Below are positions 53,144-64,000 of a stretch of DNA of 64,000 nucleotides, in pieces. The translations under genes and the position numbers were made by a program. A model generated the notes under the pieces. It was not told the DNA's origin. It saw nothing but the letters and a program-made list of their open reading frames with translations, and did not search any database. The DNA is from Ascidiella aspersa (lineage: Eukaryota). The DNA is taken from positions 28,396,001 through 28,460,000 of the forward strand of contig OZ004612.1 of NCBI GenBank assembly GCA_963924565.1, in the 5' to 3' direction. The first letter of the stretch is position 1; each line of letters begins with the position of its first letter.

Positions 53144-55032
53144 TGCCTTCCTAAACATTTCCACTCGCAGAAGGTTCTAATAACGCAACTCGTTACCCTT
53201 CCGGCAAAAGGAACTTAGGTAGCATAGTTGGCAACATACAGGCTTCGCAAAGTTGTCTCAGCAGTCGGGCGAAATCAATACCACACGCGCGTGTATTGTA
53301 TCACCTGCTGGTAACAGTCACCGATCCAATTGTGTACTGATCAAATCACCATATCGCCATCGTGTTAAATCACGCCCATGTCTATACACGGCACTTGTTT
53401 GTGCCTTCTCAAGTGTTAGACTTTCGTGAAATGTGACGTAGATTTGCTTTATGATATCCCCCCGCGCCCTTGCCAGGCATCTTAATGTCGCTGTCTTTGC
53501 TTTATTAAAAGGTTGATATTAAAGCGTTCATTGATTTAAGTTTGTTTCTCTAAGTAATGCAACAATACGCTAGGAGCCACAAAAAACACTTTTTTTTAAA
53601 GTAATCCTTATATTTACACAGTATTATACACACTCGGTAACTGACGTGCAAAACTCGCTACAGTTGTCATTCGATAAATTCAACCAGAATTTAGCTGTTA
53701 AAGCGCTTTATTGCTATGTAAGTTAATTTTAACTTAATTAAACAACGGTACGCCACGACCGGCCAAAACACATATGGAACACTATAGTAAACCCGACATT
53801 TACACGGTGTAACTGGAGCAGTTTTTGTTGGCCTTAGATAAACCCCACGTGCTTTAATATAACTCAACCTGTGCGATTGAGGGATTGATTCCATAACTAG
53901 TTAGATAAGAAATACCATTATTGTTATCAAACTTTATTCTTAATTATCAGTCTTTTTGTATACACGTTGTTTTCCACGTATTTCGCCCAAGCATTTTTAA
54001 TATATACATCTTGGCTAGCTAATTTGATAGTATATACAATACCTAATGTACATATGTTAAGCGTTTATTTGTGTAATTGTATTCGGAGCGATTAGGCTAT
54101 GGCGGATATACAGGAAGTAATCAAACGTAGCATATCGCTACAGTATACTCGTGGCTATAGGCTGACAAAGCTTAGTGGGTTTTATTTGTTTAGTCACGAT
54201 ATAAGGAAAACTTTGCGATATTTTTATTGCATAAATGCACTCGTAAGACTACAGTTACGTTTATGCTACGGTTTAACAGTACTGTATTTTTAAACACTAC
54301 AAGATAACAAAAACAAATAAATAACAAAAAAAAAAAAAATGCTTTACAGAACTCGGTTACACCGAAATTTAGTTTTGCAAATGGTCGCATTAATCTCACG
54401 GTCTGTCGATAAATGGTGGTAACATTGCCGAAGCATCAGGCAAGTATTATGCCACGTGTCTATTTGACGTGGAGCCTGCCATGTTGTTTAAACAAACTTG
54501 TAAAAGTTTGATTATTTTAGTTTAATTCCTTGAAATCCACCCGCCTCCGTCGGCTATTCTTTGACAAAAACGCAGTTTTATTACGTTTTATGAGTTTTAA
54601 GTGTCGGGTTTGGTGTAAAGGACTTTATGTTAAAAATACATTTATATAAACGAAAATATGTTTCTATTTATACATTTGCCTATAACTGCAGTCGACAAGG
54701 TCTTTCAGCCATTTGTATGTATAACTTGTTTTTCTATGGCTCAAAATTATTGGTGAGTCAATTTGGAATTGTTCAGTGAGATGCTGACCCCAAATTGTTT
54801 TGGCTTTATAACACTTGCCGAATCCCATCGTAGTCTTGCATACTGTATAACGTGTTTTAGAACGATTTGATGTATTTAAAGCATTGTTTTGGTTCACAGA
54901 GCTTGGTCAACGACGTTTTTCGCCCTTTCGTACAAATAACTTGCATTTCATGGGTTCAAATCAAAATGACTTTTGAGTAATTCTCGAGTTCAGGTTTTTT
55001 CCTAATCCGTTTGTCCAAACGTAAAGTCTCGA

Positions 55033-57527
55033 TTACACTTGTCTGATCCCATCGTAATCTTGCCCGGCCGTTGCTGCTGCTGTAGGATTATCGTCCATCC
55101 GCATATATATGTTCTCCTCATCCGATTCCGGCTGGTCGTACAGGGTTTCCGGATGAGGGGGCGGTATAGCTACGTCATCCCACTCGTTGTTAGAGCTGTA
55201 GCGCGCGTTAAGCTTCGCTTGTTCATCTGGGCTTCCGCTCAATGGTGGTTCGCCGCTTCTGTCGGCTTTGCTTGGCTTTACCCTGACAGAATAACAGGTC
55301 TGTTTATACGAGGCAGCATTTATAGCTTCTGTGAGATTTCAATGCAGCTTTAAATTAAACGTCTGTCCAATTTTCAAGTGTCCAGAAAAAATTAGGTGGA
55401 CGACTATGAAAAAAAAAATTAACACGTTTTCTCTTTTTGTCCAACATTTTTTGTAAAAAAAGTAATTGTAAAACTTTGAGTTGCACATTTCTAGAACTGC
55501 ACTTTAGTGCGATCCATTTAAATTGTTTAGTTTGAAATGTTAATCCAAAATTAAACTACAAATTAAAGCGTGTTTTGCGAATTACGATAACATGTTTTTA
55601 AGAGAGTGGACCTGTTCGTACCTTTTAAGAAATACCCCGTTCTTAACGTTCGATGTCCCTAAAAGGATCTAAATTGACGTAATTTATGGACTTGAACTAG
55701 ACAAATCAAAAATATACTTGCGCCTCAAAACGATCAAAATCGAATTTACTTTATTTTAATGCAACAAATCGTCTCATCAACTACCAACCTTCTACAACAC
55801 GCTATTATCGCAACCAGTGCAATCAGCATAAACAACAAGTTGCCGGCTCCAAGAATTGCGATTACTGTCACATTCATGTTTCCATCGGGAATTAGTGGCT
55901 GCCGAAAATTTCTAGTCCCGTTGTTTTCACCATTTCCACCACTTCTGCTGTCAACTTGGGTGGCTACATTCTCTCCAGACAGTGTTGTGGTTGAGCTTGT
56001 TGTCTTTTTTGTTGTTGGTGTTATTGGTGTTGTTTCTGAAAGGTTTGACGGTGCTTAATTGTTAAATAACTGAAACCCTTACTTAAAACTTAAAACCACG
56101 GTTTGTAAAAGGTAAATAATATATAGGCATTTGTTAATATTGTATGGTTGTATTTAGTATAACAAGACGTTTTGTCAACTTTTGAACTTTTTTTGTAATA
56201 ATTCTAAATTTCAACTTTTTACTTACCCACTGAACACTTAACAGTGGTGTAGTTAAGCTTGAAGCCTCGTTTGAGTCTTGAAAGGCCGCTTGTGAACCTT
56301 ATCGAGTAGTTGAGGGATTTTGTTTTGACGACTTGCATATTAACATTGCTGCAATGACGGGTAAAGTCCCCACATGTTGAAATATTGATCGATTTGCTTG
56401 TCAGGATGTAGCAGGTTGGGGGAACCACCTCGCCACACAGCGAGAACTTAGGGTCTGTGGAATATGACACGGTTAATTGGTTTAACTGTGGTGTTCACCG
56501 GGAATTAAACTTATCTGTTTTTTTTTCTGTGTTCTTATTTATTACGTGAAACTTATGCAATGTAAAAAAAGTACAAAATGGCTATTTTAATGGCTGAAAA
56601 TTTCTGCCTAATATTCTCTTGATATGCATTATAGTCATATTTTTGTCAAAAAAAATTTACAAAATTGTCATAAATCCGTTTACAATGGCGTCGACAAGCT
56701 TATTTAGCATAGAATTAGTTTTTTTATTTAGGCCTACAATTTTTTTCATACATTGTTATCTCATAGACTTGAGTTACTATAATCACCATCTGATAAGGAT
56801 TTACAGTGATAACATACCTAATATATACTGCCGTTGCTTCACATTGATATATAATAGGTACATGCAAACAAAAGATATTATCAATTTGAAAAGCTCTTAT
56901 CATGTGTTAGCAATGCTATATTGATTTTAATTTTTATCCTTACCCACGTTAATATCCAGCGCATCCACGCAATCTCCATCGTAGCAAACTTCATCGCTTC
57001 TGCATTTACTGCCCTTTCTTCGCACACTCATGTCCGTAAACTCGACGATTGTTACGTCACTAAGGGTGCTGCCCGGTAAAGTCCACGTGCAGGTTTGAGA
57101 GGCAGGGTAGGTTGCGCTTGTGCCATAACCTGGGGATGTTATGATGCCCTGTTCTTGCGTTATGCCCAGTTCATTAGGGGATAGGGCGCACATAGAATTG
57201 CAGACACCTGAAAAGTTTTAGTTGTTTAAGAAGGTGTCTTTTTTTAGCTAAATATTTTTTGCTGCTAAGGTAAGTTGAATTTACCAGTCTGGCGCGCACT
57301 TTAGCTTTTTGGGGGCTCGAAACTAGAAAAAGTAGCACTGCGAATGTTTGAATTGGCATCTTTTGCAAAATGCACTGCAAAGAAATCACAAATAAGCATC
57401 TAAAATCGCAATCTGCTACTTGACAACTAAAAACAGAAGCGGCAACTAAAATACAAAGCTTACATTTAGGTTGTTAATATAACTTACCTAACAAGCAAAT
57501 TGCACTTGTAATACCTAGTAGAAGCAT
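55033..57527 (-). CDS. Receptor gene M: CUB domain, fused stalk+TM exon, tail with YDQP and YMRM
   Basis: Exons 57488-57527 (signal MLLLGITSAICLL), 56944-57207 (QGIITSPGYGTSATYPASQTCTWTL), 56227-56454 (RGFKLNY), 55789-56053 (TM VIAILGAGNLLFMLIALVAIIACC), 55033-55282. Confidence 0.9.
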
Positions 57528-58752
57528 ACTTCACAACGACTACAATTCTATAAACTCTTTGGTGTATTTTTGAACTTCAACAGACTTGAAACATGAACGG
57601 TTTTTAGTTATACAACCTTCAAGTTGGTCCATATAAATGCACAGAGGTGACTAACAAAATGCTATTTCACTGTTACCGAGTCACTTGTTGATAAAATAAG
57701 GCAAAATTGAGCCGAAAGCAAAAGAGTAATAATTGGCGGAAGTAGGTAACGTATCGTTTCCTGTCGTAATTACAAAATACGTTGTATCCGTTTGTTTTTT
57801 TTGCTTCGAACCTGTCATCTGTGCTGTATAGTTAATGACGTATTACGTGTAGGATTACGTCATATTTGAAAAGTGACATTTCCCTGTCATGCTGTTTCAC
57901 GATTAACTGTTGTTATAGAAACACCAATTGTTGAAAAAGTTGAACGTGTTTTTAAATTCATTTTAGTGTTTACTAGCAACATAATACAAGTCTGTTTTAA
58001 TCAATAAGTATTACCTGCATCTTTGAAGGCTTTAGTTTAATTACATTTTCCAACTGCATTTCATTTTTTTTTAACTAAACCACAAACTAGAAATTCGTTA
58101 GTAATATAAAAACGGAAAACTTCAACCGTTTATTATTTTACAGTGTAAGTGCAGAAAAAAGAAATGAACTATATATACACCGACAAATACAATACAGTAA
58201 ATAACTCAAACCAGCATTGAAACCCCAACAATCGAGTCACGATGGAAAATAGTTCAATACACATAAAATCTTATCCAAGAAATACACAATTTTGTTTGCC
58301 ATTTTTGGGAAAAAGAAGTTCAGTAAGGAAGTTTATTGTAAGCGGAATTGCATTTTCATGTGTTTCATAGCACTACGGAGGCTTAACGTTGCGTTGTAAA
58401 CGTTATTGGTCACTCTGCTTTTCACAATAAAAACATATTTATTGGGCAGCCTGAGTCTCAAACTTTGTGTGTAATTGCTTTAGATTTATTTGAACCTGGA
58501 AAAACACAGTAGTTCAAAATGTAATGCGCTTTTATCACACTTCATAACAACAGTTGCAATAGCGATTTAGCGAGTCCCGATTTAACAGGCCAAGATTTCA
58601 ACTCAGCATACAAAAGACATTGGGTTTGTAGAGCACGCATACTGCGTGTTATACACTACGTGTTTTCAAAACCATAGTTCAATATATCGATTTAGCGACA
58701 TCTAGGGTATACGATTTCCTGCAAACCATCCGCTAGGTTAAGTATAATCTGC

Positions 58753-61700
58753 TTACTGCGAGTCGCCGTAAAGCACATTTACCACTGTCTCCTTCTCCTC
58801 GTTCTCTGGCCTCTGATTGGTCGATTGCTCCTGGTTTTCAGGCCTCTGATTGGTCGATTGCTCCTGGTTTTCAGGCCTCTGATTGGCCGATTCCTTCTGG
58901 TTCTCTGGCTTCTGATTGGTCGCCTGCCTCGCATTGATACTGGTTCGTTCGTACAGCAGGTTAGTTGCCCTGGCTTGCTCGATATCAGTCAGTTTCTCAC
59001 GACTGCTTCCCGGTCGCGAATGGTAGAGAATATTTTCGACCTCCACGCGATTCGCGTTCGCCTGTGTTACGTCACCATTACTCGGGGAATCCCATTGTTT
59101 ACGTCCGTAGAGTATATTCATTTTTGTTTCCTTTTCTTCCTAAAAAAACAAAGAAAAAAACGGTAGTGCCTTAAGTTCACTTCCAACCTACAAAGTTAAC
59201 GAGCTATATGGTATTATTGGATTATTTTTTATGACGTCACGTTTTGACGTGACTTTGTGATGTCATCAATGAAAAATTGGCATAGCCTTCCTCAAATAAA
59301 ACTTCAAGACCTGTGCCTGTTAAAATCCGCCTGATCCGATATTATCGGACATCAATAGTTTTCAAAAAGCTCTTAAAACGTGGTTTAAAGCCTAATTTAG
59401 TTCTGTGTTATAATAACCTGTGATTGTGCCGCGTCCCGTATCGTGCTGTATACATTGTTGGGCTTGGCCGCCCGGTCGCCGTCGCTTAGCAACGCGTTGA
59501 CGTCATTGGCGGTGATGTAGCCGTTCGAGAGCGACGCCGAGTTTTCGTTGATGACATGGTCGTGTGACGTCATCGCCGCAGGCGCCTGGAACGAGCTGGT
59601 GGTCGGATGAGCGCTTCGTCGGTTGTTGGCCGGCAGGTTCTCGGAAGTGACGTAAGGGTTCACGACCTCTTCTCTTGGTGACGTCATAATTGGTGTTTTT
59701 CGTTTTTGTCTGAAATTTACCAAGGTCGGCTTGGATTTTATTTTTGTGGAAAGTAAGTTTGTTTATATAAATTTGATATCACATCGTTGAAATAGATATT
59801 TTGTTTGATTGGACTTTATTTTACTTTGTAAACTTACACTATAAACTTAAAAATCTCTATAAAAATATAAAAATATACAGGAATATTGATATCTTAGCAA
59901 GGTATTGATGTTAAAACCAAAAAGCCTACTTGGCCGTTGTTACACGTAAATTATTAGCAATTACAAACTAGTAAATATTAAAACAAAAATGCCCCAGCAG
60001 TACCTAGTGCTTTACACACCAAACGTGGCATATTTTGATATACATTTAGTGTTTAAAATGTTTTGTTTCCTAATCAACCACTAATTGCCGAAACATGCTA
60101 CATCGTTCCGTTAGGTTTCCAAGAATACAATACTCAGGCCAGAGGTTTCTTCTTACCTCTTCATATACAAGCAAGCCAAAATGATCGTTGTTAAAACCAT
60201 TAAAAACCCGACAACTCCTGCGATTATGTATATCAAGGTGGACTCTGGAATTAGAGAAGATATTTAAATGTTGTCACGATTACATAAAATGTAGTATGTA
60301 CCACAATTCATTAACACTATATAATTTATATAGCATCTGTTTACAAAAAAATATTTGTAGGCTTTTTTCATTTTTTTTAATGTAATTGGGGATTCGTAAT
60401 TCTTATATAAACCTAATTTGGTTTTGACCATTTTGTAACAAATATTTGCAAATGTATGCCAATTATAATTACATGCAAAACGATTACCGTCAAATGGTGC
60501 TGGCAAGCTTGTTGTAGACGAACTGTTTGAGGTTATTATTGTGGATGTTATTGTTGCTGTTTGAGTCGCCGTTGTTGTTGTAGTTTTTGTTGTTGTCGCT
60601 ATTCTTATAGTTCTTGTTGCCACTGTAGTTGACATTGATGTTATGAAAGGCAATGTTGTTGTTGTTGTAGTAACTGGTTCACCTCTAGCGTTTGAATCTG
60701 GCACAGAAATCAGCCTATTTTGTAATTTAGTAATAATGGTTAAGTTTGGGATAAAGGCAGCCCACAATGCCCAACTAAAATTACCCCAACGAATGCTATT
60801 CAAACCCTATGTAAACACGTTCTTCTTCATGGTAATTTCACTATTCTTTTAATTTTCCTACTGATTTGATCGCTGCAACATAAATGACCAAGTTCGGAAA
60901 CAATTGTGGTCTGCAATGATCCCTTGCTTACACTGCCACAAGATATACACACATAAATAGTTGTTTTAGAAGTGCGTATATTATAAACTCCTAGTACAAT
61001 TTGTCTATGTTATTTATACTTAAACCTGCTAAATAAATAGCTAAATTTTGAGCATAATACAAACGTATGAAACTAACCGTCAACTTTGACGTAATAATAG
61101 CTCATACGAAATCCAGTGTGATTTGCATTGACTCCGTCGGAATAAAACAGAACCTCGTAATCTTTCTTTATACTGTTTAAACGTCCTTCAACCGTTTTGC
61201 AATATCTCGCTTGTAAATCAGCTGAGGGTTTAATGCGGTCACGTGTAACAATATAGCATCGGGATATGTCTGTTGTGCCACAGATGTCCAGTGAATTTCC
61301 CTTGGGTTCTCCTAAAACATAATTGCTAAAATAAATTTCAAAAACAGTAAACAACGATAAATTCCAAAAAATGAATTGCAAGTCAAGAAGGTTGAGTAGA
61401 TCTACATCGTATTGATTAAGACCTCGACCATTTTGGCTTGAAATCAAATTTTTTGAATTAATTTTTTGAAATTTACACAAGCTACATTACAGATCCGTGC
61501 ATAGTTTGCTCAATTACAATGTAAATTAAGGACAACGATATTATATTAATTTTACGTTCGTGACAAAATAATTTTACCGTTTCCCAACGTTAGATGATCG
61601 GTACAGGAACCAGGTTTAGTGGACTGACAAAAATCTGTTTGTTTACAACTGCTGCTTATTGTTTCAACATGCAGTGAAGTGATTTTCAGGAAGAGTACTT

Positions 61701-61984
61701 CATCCCTTTCAATGTTAAAGAACGTCCATATACAATGTTGTCTAACGGGGTAGAATCCATTTGGCGACTGCGGAGAACTGATAGTTCCTTGCGTTTTGTT
61801 TATGTGAAGCTGCTCTCGGCTTACGTCACAGTAGGAAGTAAATTGCGAAAAGCCTTGAGAAAAAATACTTGCTTTTTATAAATTCTTTCGTTGTCATTAA
61901 ATACAAAATATTCGTCTTACCTGGTGATACAGACGATAACAATACTACCAACAATGTCCAGTTTAAAACGGAATCGCGAAACAT
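58753..61984 (-). CDS. Receptor gene N: CUB domain, mucin stalk, TM, long two-exon tail with 4 N-x-L-Y motifs and an 11-aa repeat
   Basis: Exons 61921-61984 (signal MFRDSVLNWTLLVVLLSSVSP), 61578-61853 (QGTISSPQSPNGFYPVRQHCIWTF), 61078-61311 (FYSDGVNANHTGFRMSY), 60488-60697, 60157-60244 (TM), 59418-59709, 58753-59139. A probable 5'UTR exon has its donor at about 62225. Confidence 0.9.
58790..58921 (-). repeat. Coding minisatellite, 4 x 33 bp (TNQRPENQEQS) in the gene N tail
   Basis: TNQKPENQKES ANQRPENQEQS TNQRPENQEQS TNQRPENEEKE. Confidence 0.9.
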
Positions 61985-63869
61985 TATTACCTTTTAGAAG
62001 CCTCACGTTTAAAACCTGCCTAAAAAGCGTGCAGTTTATAGATCATGTTAAACCTAACTTAATTCTATATAAAGTATAAACTCAATTGCAGTCTGAAACA
62101 TAACCAAGTAGCGTAAGTTAACTGAAATTACGCCACGTGGTTTTTAACCTAACACAGTTCACTGATTGATCTTTTCCCTCTACAAATGTCACCTATTTGA
62201 TCATTACACTCTAAAAAGTACTTACGTGCCAGAAAGATGGCGTACAAGGGTGACTGACAGCTCCTAGTTAAGCCATAACCAAATTTTGTACTGTCTGTTA
62301 AAGTTTACACAATGCTCAGAATCAAATAAGTCTGAATTTTATCGATAAACTCAATAACTGCCAACCCAATGCCAACAATTCCACCAGATTAACTAGTTAA
62401 AATGCCACTGCTTGAATCGGATCTGTCAAACGTCGTTTGAGGGCTTTCTTCATATCACGAACCGACTCCGGCTTGTATTTAAAGCGCCCAGTTCCCGGAA
62501 ACTAAATTTAACGCCGCTCGACTGACGGAGTTAATTCTGTCACGCTTTTGTGATCTCGGCCGATGTGTAATAGCGTATGCTTGCTTGGGACTTCGACGTC
62601 ATTTGTTAAACTCCTAAAACCCAAGGCTGGCGTACATTGTTTTGCAGGATACTGTTAATATTGTCACGTTTAATTTTTTTTACAACGTCAAAAAAACGTG
62701 AGATGACAGTTTATAATTTTACCCGCAAAGGCTTAATGTATGCTTCTTTCATTTTATCTGAACAAGAATGGTTTATTCACTCTATAATCCAGGTATTCTA
62801 TTTAATTGCATTAATTACTACCAAAAAAGTAGGAAATATAGTTTGGATATCACGTTTGTTTTATGAAACACTATTCTGCGTGGTAATTTAATTTTCTATT
62901 TCATGATCATTTTTAAGCTGCATAATAAATGTTTATGAACGATGAATTAAAATGTATTTTGCCAGCAATATACAAAAAGTTATATGTAAGTTCATTTATT
63001 ACAATTTTCACAGTTGTTTGTTAATAAACAAACGCCCTGTTAAACGAAAAACGCATAAAAAAGAAACAAATAAACAGCAAAAATGCGACAAAAACGTTTG
63101 CTTCGCAACTATATATCTCTACTTCGCAACTATCTTAAGCGCAGCAGCCCTTTTTGTCAAGTTCGTGTGATTATAGTTTCTGGTCAATGTACAAAAATGC
63201 CATGAATGCATTTAAAGTGTATATTTAAAAAAAAATCAAAATTACATTAGGTTCATTTCACTCATGTTATGGTGTTTTAAATTCGTTGACCCGGACAAAG
63301 ATATATTTTCAATAAATTTACTATAATTACTTTACTGAGAATAAAGTTTTCTCGCTATATTTACCTTGGGACGTTTGCTACACAATATATTGATCAGAAA
63401 GAATCTAATGAATCCAGTTACTTTAATTAATCATACTTATTTTGAAACCAACACCTATTGACTATTAACTTCTATTGGATCTAGTCCTTCGTGACGAATT
63501 ACTTGTACTGGTATTGACTTTTGTTTGTTGCAAATTAATGTGGACTAAATTCAATTAAAACGAATTGTTTAGCGCGATTTAAAACTCGAAGACGTAATTC
63601 CATCACATATTTTGATGCCCATACTATGGTATTGAATAATGTGATATTATGACGTTAAGTAACTGGTCAGTTGGCCTAAGATTTGGCAAACGCCTTATAT
63701 TTGGTTAAATACTTTGGAAAATGTAATCAAATATTTTATACTATGGTAATGATTAATGTTAGGTATTGGTGTAAGTGGCTCAATACTTGAACTATAACTT
63801 GACTTGTTGGTATTTTGCAAGCGACTCACATTGGACTAAAGCCAACCAAAACAACTTGTTCAATGCGAT

Positions 63870-64000
63870 TTAAAACTGGAAAACGTTCGGCGTCTTATCG
63901 CGTTTACTGAAGTTAACATAAGCGTCTTCATCCACTCCAGGCGGCCTCACTATGGGCTGCATGTACGTGGCATCGTTACTCTCCTCTACTACATTGTTGT
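63870..64000 (-). CDS. Probable C-terminus of the next array member (gene O, extends beyond the right edge)
   Basis: Open frame NNVVEESNDATYMQPIVRPPGVDEDAYVNFSKRDKTPNVFQF-stop. It is GC-richer than its flanks, on the same strand, and has the acidic Tyr-motif character of the other tails. Confidence 0.6.
   Translation of the reverse strand, partial: NNVVEESNDATYMQPIVRPPGVDEDAYVNFSKRDKTPNVFQF

Noticed and set aside
2142-60244. Canonical ITAMs or charged TM residues for DAP12/FcR-gamma-type pairing
   Set aside because: I found no YxxL/I-x6-8-YxxL/I in the tails and no Lys/Arg/Asp within the TM cores.

Overview
AT-rich eukaryotic DNA with compact GT-AG introns. An ascidian/tunicate is my best guess, inferred only from composition, intron size and repeat types. 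Almost the whole window is one head-to-tail, minus-strand tandem array of at least 16 related type-I membrane receptor genes: 14 spanned end to end (labelled A-N from left to right; D has a defective 5' end) plus partial genes at both edges (0 and O). I built the spliced models by hand, and exon lengths fit the intron phases. The shared plan is: signal-peptide exon / two exons forming one extracellular domain / Thr-Ser-rich stalk exon(s) / TM exon / tyrosine-rich cytoplasmic exon(s). Extracellular introns are phase 1 and the post-TM intron is phase 2. The ectodomain is a clear CUB domain with extra Cys-rich loops at the right (G, J-N), a degenerate CUB in H and I, barely CUB-like in B-F, and an unassigned domain in A and 0. 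Twelve tails carry repeated (M/V)-V-x-N-x-(L/I)-Y motifs matching or close to the Dok PTB-binding consensus, and in B-G these are fused to an ITIM-like SHYGMV. The L, M and O tails instead carry EPIYA-like, YxxM/YDxP and YVN motifs. The array looks like a rapidly diversifying, possibly paired inhibitory/activating immune or allorecognition receptor complex built on CUB rather than Ig or C-type lectin domains; this function is inference. Introns and intergenic DNA hold hAT-type MITEs, tRNA-derived SINEs and a Penelope-like palindrome with a hammerhead core.
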